64,000 nt of DNA, taken from NCBI GenBank assembly GCA_964270895.1, contig OZ185441.1, one strand, 5' to 3'. The notes under the pieces were generated by a model. The model was not told where the DNA came from and searched no databases. It saw only the letters and a program-made list of their open reading frames with translations. Both the position numbers and the translations under genes were made by a program. Positions 59,399-64,000 of the stretch are shown here, piece after piece. The DNA is from Podarcis filfolensis (lineage: Eukaryota). The first letter of the stretch is position 1. Every line of letters begins with the position of its first letter.

Positions 59399-59641
59399 TA
59401 AAGAACAGCTAATTTTTTTCAAAAAAAAATATTTTAAAAAAATCCATTGAAACATTAATAGAATTAAAACTGTGCGTGTGGGTAAATCTTTGTATCTTTG
59501 GAAAAGGTGGAAAAACCAAACAAAAAAACTTCACTCTCTGAGGATATTTGCATGCCAGGCAAATGTCCCCAGCTAGACCCCTTGCCTGCTTCTTCTGGGC
59601 AGCTGTCCATCCACTTGAAGATGCAAGACTAACCCCAACAA

Positions 59642-60047
59642 GTAATAATAATAATAATTTTTCCCCAGCCACTCTGGGCGGCTTCCAACAAAATATTAAA
59701 ATACAGCAATGCATCAAACATTAAAAGCTTCCCTAAACAGGGCTGCCTTCAGATGTCTTCTAGAAGTCTGGTAGTTGTTGTTCTCTTTGACATCTGATGG
59801 GAGGACATTCCACAGGGCGGGTGCCACCACCGAGAAGGCCCTCTGCCTGGTTCCCTGTAACTTGACTTCTCGCAGCGAGGGAACCGCCAGAAGGCCCTTG
59901 GCGCTGGACCTCAGTGTCCAGGCAGAACGATGGAGGTGGAAAGCTCCTTCAGATATACTGGACCGAGGCCGTTTAGGGCTTTAAAGGTCAACACCAACTT
60001 TGAATTGTGCTCGGAAACATACTGGGAGCCAGTGTAGGTCTTTCAAG
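59642..60047 (-). mobile_element. L2-clade 3' fragment
   Basis: Colinear with and highly similar to 12790-13180. Confidence 0.88.
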
Positions 60048-60854
60048 GGGCTAGTCCTCACTGAGGAGGTGAACTGGGGCTAAGGGCTGGATGCTTTGGA
60101 GTGGTGGAATCCCCAAACATAGAAGATGGGGGAGGGGGTGAGAGAGAGAGATAGGTGAAAACTACATCCCTTCCCACAGGCTTGCCCACTTGGCAAAACT
60201 TAAAACAGCCTTCTCCTCTCCCAAACAGCTTTTCATTTAATCACATGGCACCAGGGCTCTATTCCACACATCTGCATGTTGGGTACAGTATTAAGCAGCC
60301 TATGGTTTTAGCCCAAGGATAGGGTGGCCCTCTGGATATTATTGGATTCCCATCATCCCTGACCATCAGCCATGCTGGTTAGTGGGTCACGAGTTTCCCA
60401 TTCTGTTATAAAAGCACCACATGAGAGGGTGTCATAGAATAAGTGACAGTACTTACTTCTCTGCCTCGTCTATGAATAAGTTCAGTTATCTCCATCCGTT
60501 GTGCCACACTGATTTGCTGCTGTTTTTATTACGTCTCGTGATTTTATTGTGGCTTTATTTGTATTTTGATACTTCGCCGCCCACCCTTGGACCTTTTGGT
60601 GAATAATAAATCTCAAGAATACATAATAAATCAGGGCATCATTGGCTGATTTAGGATTGCCACGTCCCTGCTGTTTCTTTGACAGGTGAGCTTGGCGGAA
60701 AATCAAACAGGTGATGTCTTCAACGCCAGGCTGAGCTTTGCTTCACCTGTTCCATTTCTACCTGCCCTGCTACTGATAACGGCACAGGAGCTCTGGCATG
60801 GAGGAGTCAAACTGTGGCAACCCACCGCTGGCATCTCAAGCAGCTCCTGCAGTT

Positions 60855-61339
60855 TGTTTAGTCGTGTCCAACTCTTTGTGACCCCATGGACCACAGCACG
60901 CCAGGCACTCCTGTCTTCCACTGCCTCCCGCAGTTTGGTCAAACTCATGCTGGTAGCTTCGAGAACACTGTCCAACCATCTCATCCTCTGTCGTCCCCTT
61001 CTCCTTGTGCCCTCCATCTTTCCCAACATCAGGATCTTTTCCTTCTCATGAGGTGGCCAAAGTATTGGAGTCTCAGCTTCACAATCTGTCCTTCCAGTGA
61101 GCACTCAGGGCTGATTTCCTTCAGAATGGATAGGTTTGATCTTCTTGCAGTCCATGGGACTCTCAAGAGTCGCCTCCAGCACCATAATTCAAAAGCATCA
61201 ATTCTTCGGCAATCAGCCTTCTTTATGGTCCAGCTCTCACTTCCATACATCACTACTGGGAAAACCATAGCTTTAACTATACGGACCTTTGTTGGCAAGG
61301 TGATGTCTCTGCTTTTTAAGATGCTTTCTAGGTTTGTGT
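60855..61339 (-). mobile_element. Bov-B LINE 3' fragment with an internal deletion
   Basis: ORFs 61029..61415 and 60703..61104 give Bov-B peptides; TSD CTCCTG(C/T)AGTT. Confidence 0.92.
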
Positions 61340-61894
61340 CTCCTGTAGTTAATAACTTGCAAATCCCAAATGGCTGGTGCAGTATCGCACCAATGCCAGA
61401 CGATAATAGTTTCACTGACCCAGCAACCTCATTATCTTCAGACGGGGAGATTTCTCTGGGTGCAGCACGAAGAAAGCTTGTAGTTCTACAATTTTCAATC
61501 AGAAAGATGCCCCCGGCTCAAACTGCATATTTGATATTTCCGACCTGAATTCACCAACGGTACTTGGAAACGGGGTCAGGGAGAGAGGAGGCCCAGGCAC
61601 CAATTGCAATACATCACTGTAACCCACCCTCCAACTGAAAAGCAGTTAAAAGGCACAGGCAGGGACCTAGCGACCCTCCAAATGTTAGATTCCAATTCCC
61701 ATCAGCCCCAAACAGCATGTCAAACAACAAGGAATGATGAGAACTGTAGTCCAACAATATCTGGAGGGCCACAGGCTTCGTACCACTGGCTTAAGGAACA
61801 GCAACCAGGAGCACCGCAAAAATAAACACGGCATAAGGACAATATTATGTGTGCGCATGTGGGAGGCTGATCCATATTTTCTACAGAGCCACCA

Positions 61895-62352
61895 GAACCA
61901 CGTAACACTGGTCCTGAGAGATCTGCATTGGCTTCCAGTACGTTTCTGAGCACAATTCAAAGTGTTCGTGCTGACCTTTAAAGCCCTAAACAGCCTCGAT
62001 CCTCTATACCTAAAGGAGCGTCTCCACTCCCATCGTCCAGCCCAGACACTGAGATCCAGCACCGAGGGCCTTCTGGCGGTTCCCTCATTGTGAGAAGTGA
62101 GGTTACAGGGAACCAGACAGAGGGCCTTCTTGGTAGTGGCGCCCGCCCACCCTTCAGATGTGAAGGAAATAAGCAGCTATCTTATCTTTAAAAGACATCT
62201 GAAGGCAGCCCTGTTTAAGGAAGTTTTTAATATTTAATGCTGTATTGTTTTTAACACTCGATTGGTAGCCGCCCAGAGTGGCTGGGGAGACTCAGCCAGA
62301 TGGGCGGGGCATAAATAATAAATTATTATTATTATCATTATTATTATTATTA
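61895..62352 (+). mobile_element. L2-clade 3' fragment
   Basis: HVTLVLRDLHWLPVRF peptide; reverse complement of the 59642 family; (ATT)n tail. Confidence 0.88.
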
Positions 62353-62474
62353 CAGAGCAATTGCAAATCTGGCATATTGTTGTGCCTGGACAGTGGTTAA
62401 TGGGGACCCTCCCATCGTCCCCAATGCCTAAGTAAAAGGGAACAGAGGAAACTTGTTGGCTGTTATAAACATTA

Positions 62475-62836
62475 GGTAAAGGTAAAGGTACCCCTGCCCT
62501 TTCGGGCCAGTCTTGCCAAACTCTAGGGTTGTGCGCTCATCTCACTCTATAGGCCGGGGGCCAGCGCTGTCCGCAGACACTTCCGAGTCACATGGCCAGC
62601 ATGACAAGCTGCATCTGGCGAGCCAGCGCAGCACACGGAACGCCGTTTACCTTCCTGCTGGTAAGCGGTCCCTATTTATCTACTTGCACCCGGGGGTGCT
62701 TTCGAACTGCTAGGTTGGCAGGCGCTGGGACCGAACGACGGGAGCGCACCCCGCCGCGAGGATTCGAACTGCCGACCATGCGATCGGCAAGTCCTAGGCG
62801 CTGAGGTTTTACCCACAGCGCCACCCGCATCCCAAT
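62475..62836 (-). mobile_element. Sauria SINE (third subfamily)
   Basis: 14-bp TSD TGTTATAAACATTA (62461-62474, 62837-62850). Confidence 0.95.
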
Positions 62837-63679
62837 TGTTATAAACATTACTGGTTGTTATAAAAGGGGGAGACAGAGAGGGAAATTGAGCTTTATGAGT
62901 GAGGAAACGCAACCTGTTCTAGAAAGAAAGGAAGAAAACCTTCTACTATGCAGAAACAGCTGACAGGCTCAGCATTATTTCGTTTCATTTTATTTTTTGA
63001 TACCTCCAAGGTTTGATTAGTCAGTCTCTTTGATCTCTGTAAGTTCGCTCTTGTCTCCAACATATATGGCATTAGGAAAGTAGTCCCATTGGGGCTTGGG
63101 CTGCCTTCTGGAGCTTTTCTGCACTTAATGAGAGAGCTGGTGCAGCAGAGATGCTAACTGCAGCGGCATGGAATCCCTTTCCACACACCCCCTTTCAAAT
63201 TTCACCCCAGCCATGAACTTGCAAGATGCCCTCAAGGCCAAGCCTTGGTCCCCTCATCCCTTACTCTCCATGTTCAGCCAGTTTGCAGAAGCTACAACTA
63301 GGTCACGATGATGAAACCCATCCAACGGCGTCCGGAAACGAGACTGTGCAGCTTACCAGCGACATGGCACAATCCGAGGAGCTGAGCTTAACATTTCTAA
63401 ACCAGGTGTGGGTGGCCTGTGGCCCTCCAGGTGTCATTGGGCTCCAACTCTCATCAGCCTCCATCCCGGTCAGCATGCCCAATGGTCTGGGACGACGAGA
63501 GTTGTAGTTTATATCTCAAAAGTGGGCAACCAAAACGATCAAGGCTGGATCAAGTCCCTTAAAAGGACAGTTTGGGTGACTTTCTTGTTTGTTGGGTTTG
63601 TCTTTTAAAAAATGGTAAGATGGACATTTTTCTGTCTCGGATAATAGTACAACCCAAGGTTATCCAATGAAGAAGAATA

Positions 63680-63918
63680 CAGTGCTACCTCTGGATGCGA
63701 ACGGGATCCGTTCTGCAGCCCCGTTCACATCCTGAAGTGAATGCAACCCGTGTCTGCGCAGGTCGTCGCTTCTGTGCATGTGTGTGATGTCATTTTGAGC
63801 ATCTGCGCATGCGCGAGCGGCGAAACCTGGAAGTAACGCGCTCCGCTACTTCCGGGTTGCCACGGAGCGCAACCCGAAAATATTCATCCCGAAGCATATT
63901 TAACCCGAGGTATGACTG
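63680..63918. mobile_element. Tc1/mariner MITE, asymmetric-end family
   Basis: CAGTGCTACCTC ... GAGGTATGACTG; TA TSD. Confidence 0.88.
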
Positions 63919-63927
63919 TAGTATAAG

Positions 63928-64000
63928 GACATGGGTGGCGCTGTGGGTTAAACCACAGAACCTTGGACTGGCCGATCAGAAGGTCGGCGGTTCGAATCCC
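63928..64000 (+). mobile_element. Sauria SINE 5' end (cut by the window edge)
   Basis: Head sequence GGACATGGGTGGCGCTGTGGGTTAAACC...GGTTCGAATCCC. Confidence 0.85.

Overview
Vertebrate (squamate, most likely lacertid lizard, inferred from Sauria SINE, Bov-B, L2 and CR1 content) genomic window containing one protein-coding gene, CYRIB (FAM49B, CYFIP-related Rac1 interactor B), on the minus strand. Ten GT-AG coding exons (20753 to 11682) splice into an uninterrupted 975-nt CDS (324 aa + stop) starting [10 protein letters not shown]. There is a CpG-island first exon (donor at 58524/58523), a candidate 39/42-nt leader exon (34399-34440), a candidate 15-nt microexon (33397-33411) and a 3' UTR reaching about 10895. 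The rest is intron or flank densely populated by transposons (Sauria SINEs, Bov-B, L2, CR1, L1, Penelope-like relics, hAT and Tc1/mariner-type MITEs), many with readable TIRs and target-site duplications. I found no novel multi-gene system. The most interesting observations are: a stop-free CYRIB leader in frame with the CDS, a competing splice donor that would swap the C-terminus, a full-length Sauria SINE with twin-priming geometry, a decayed minimal hammerhead ribozyme, a TSD-bounded fold-back Penelope-like insertion, and a three-level L2/hAT/L1 nest holding a transposase remnant. All coordinates were counted by hand; repeat-family names are by recognition, not database search.
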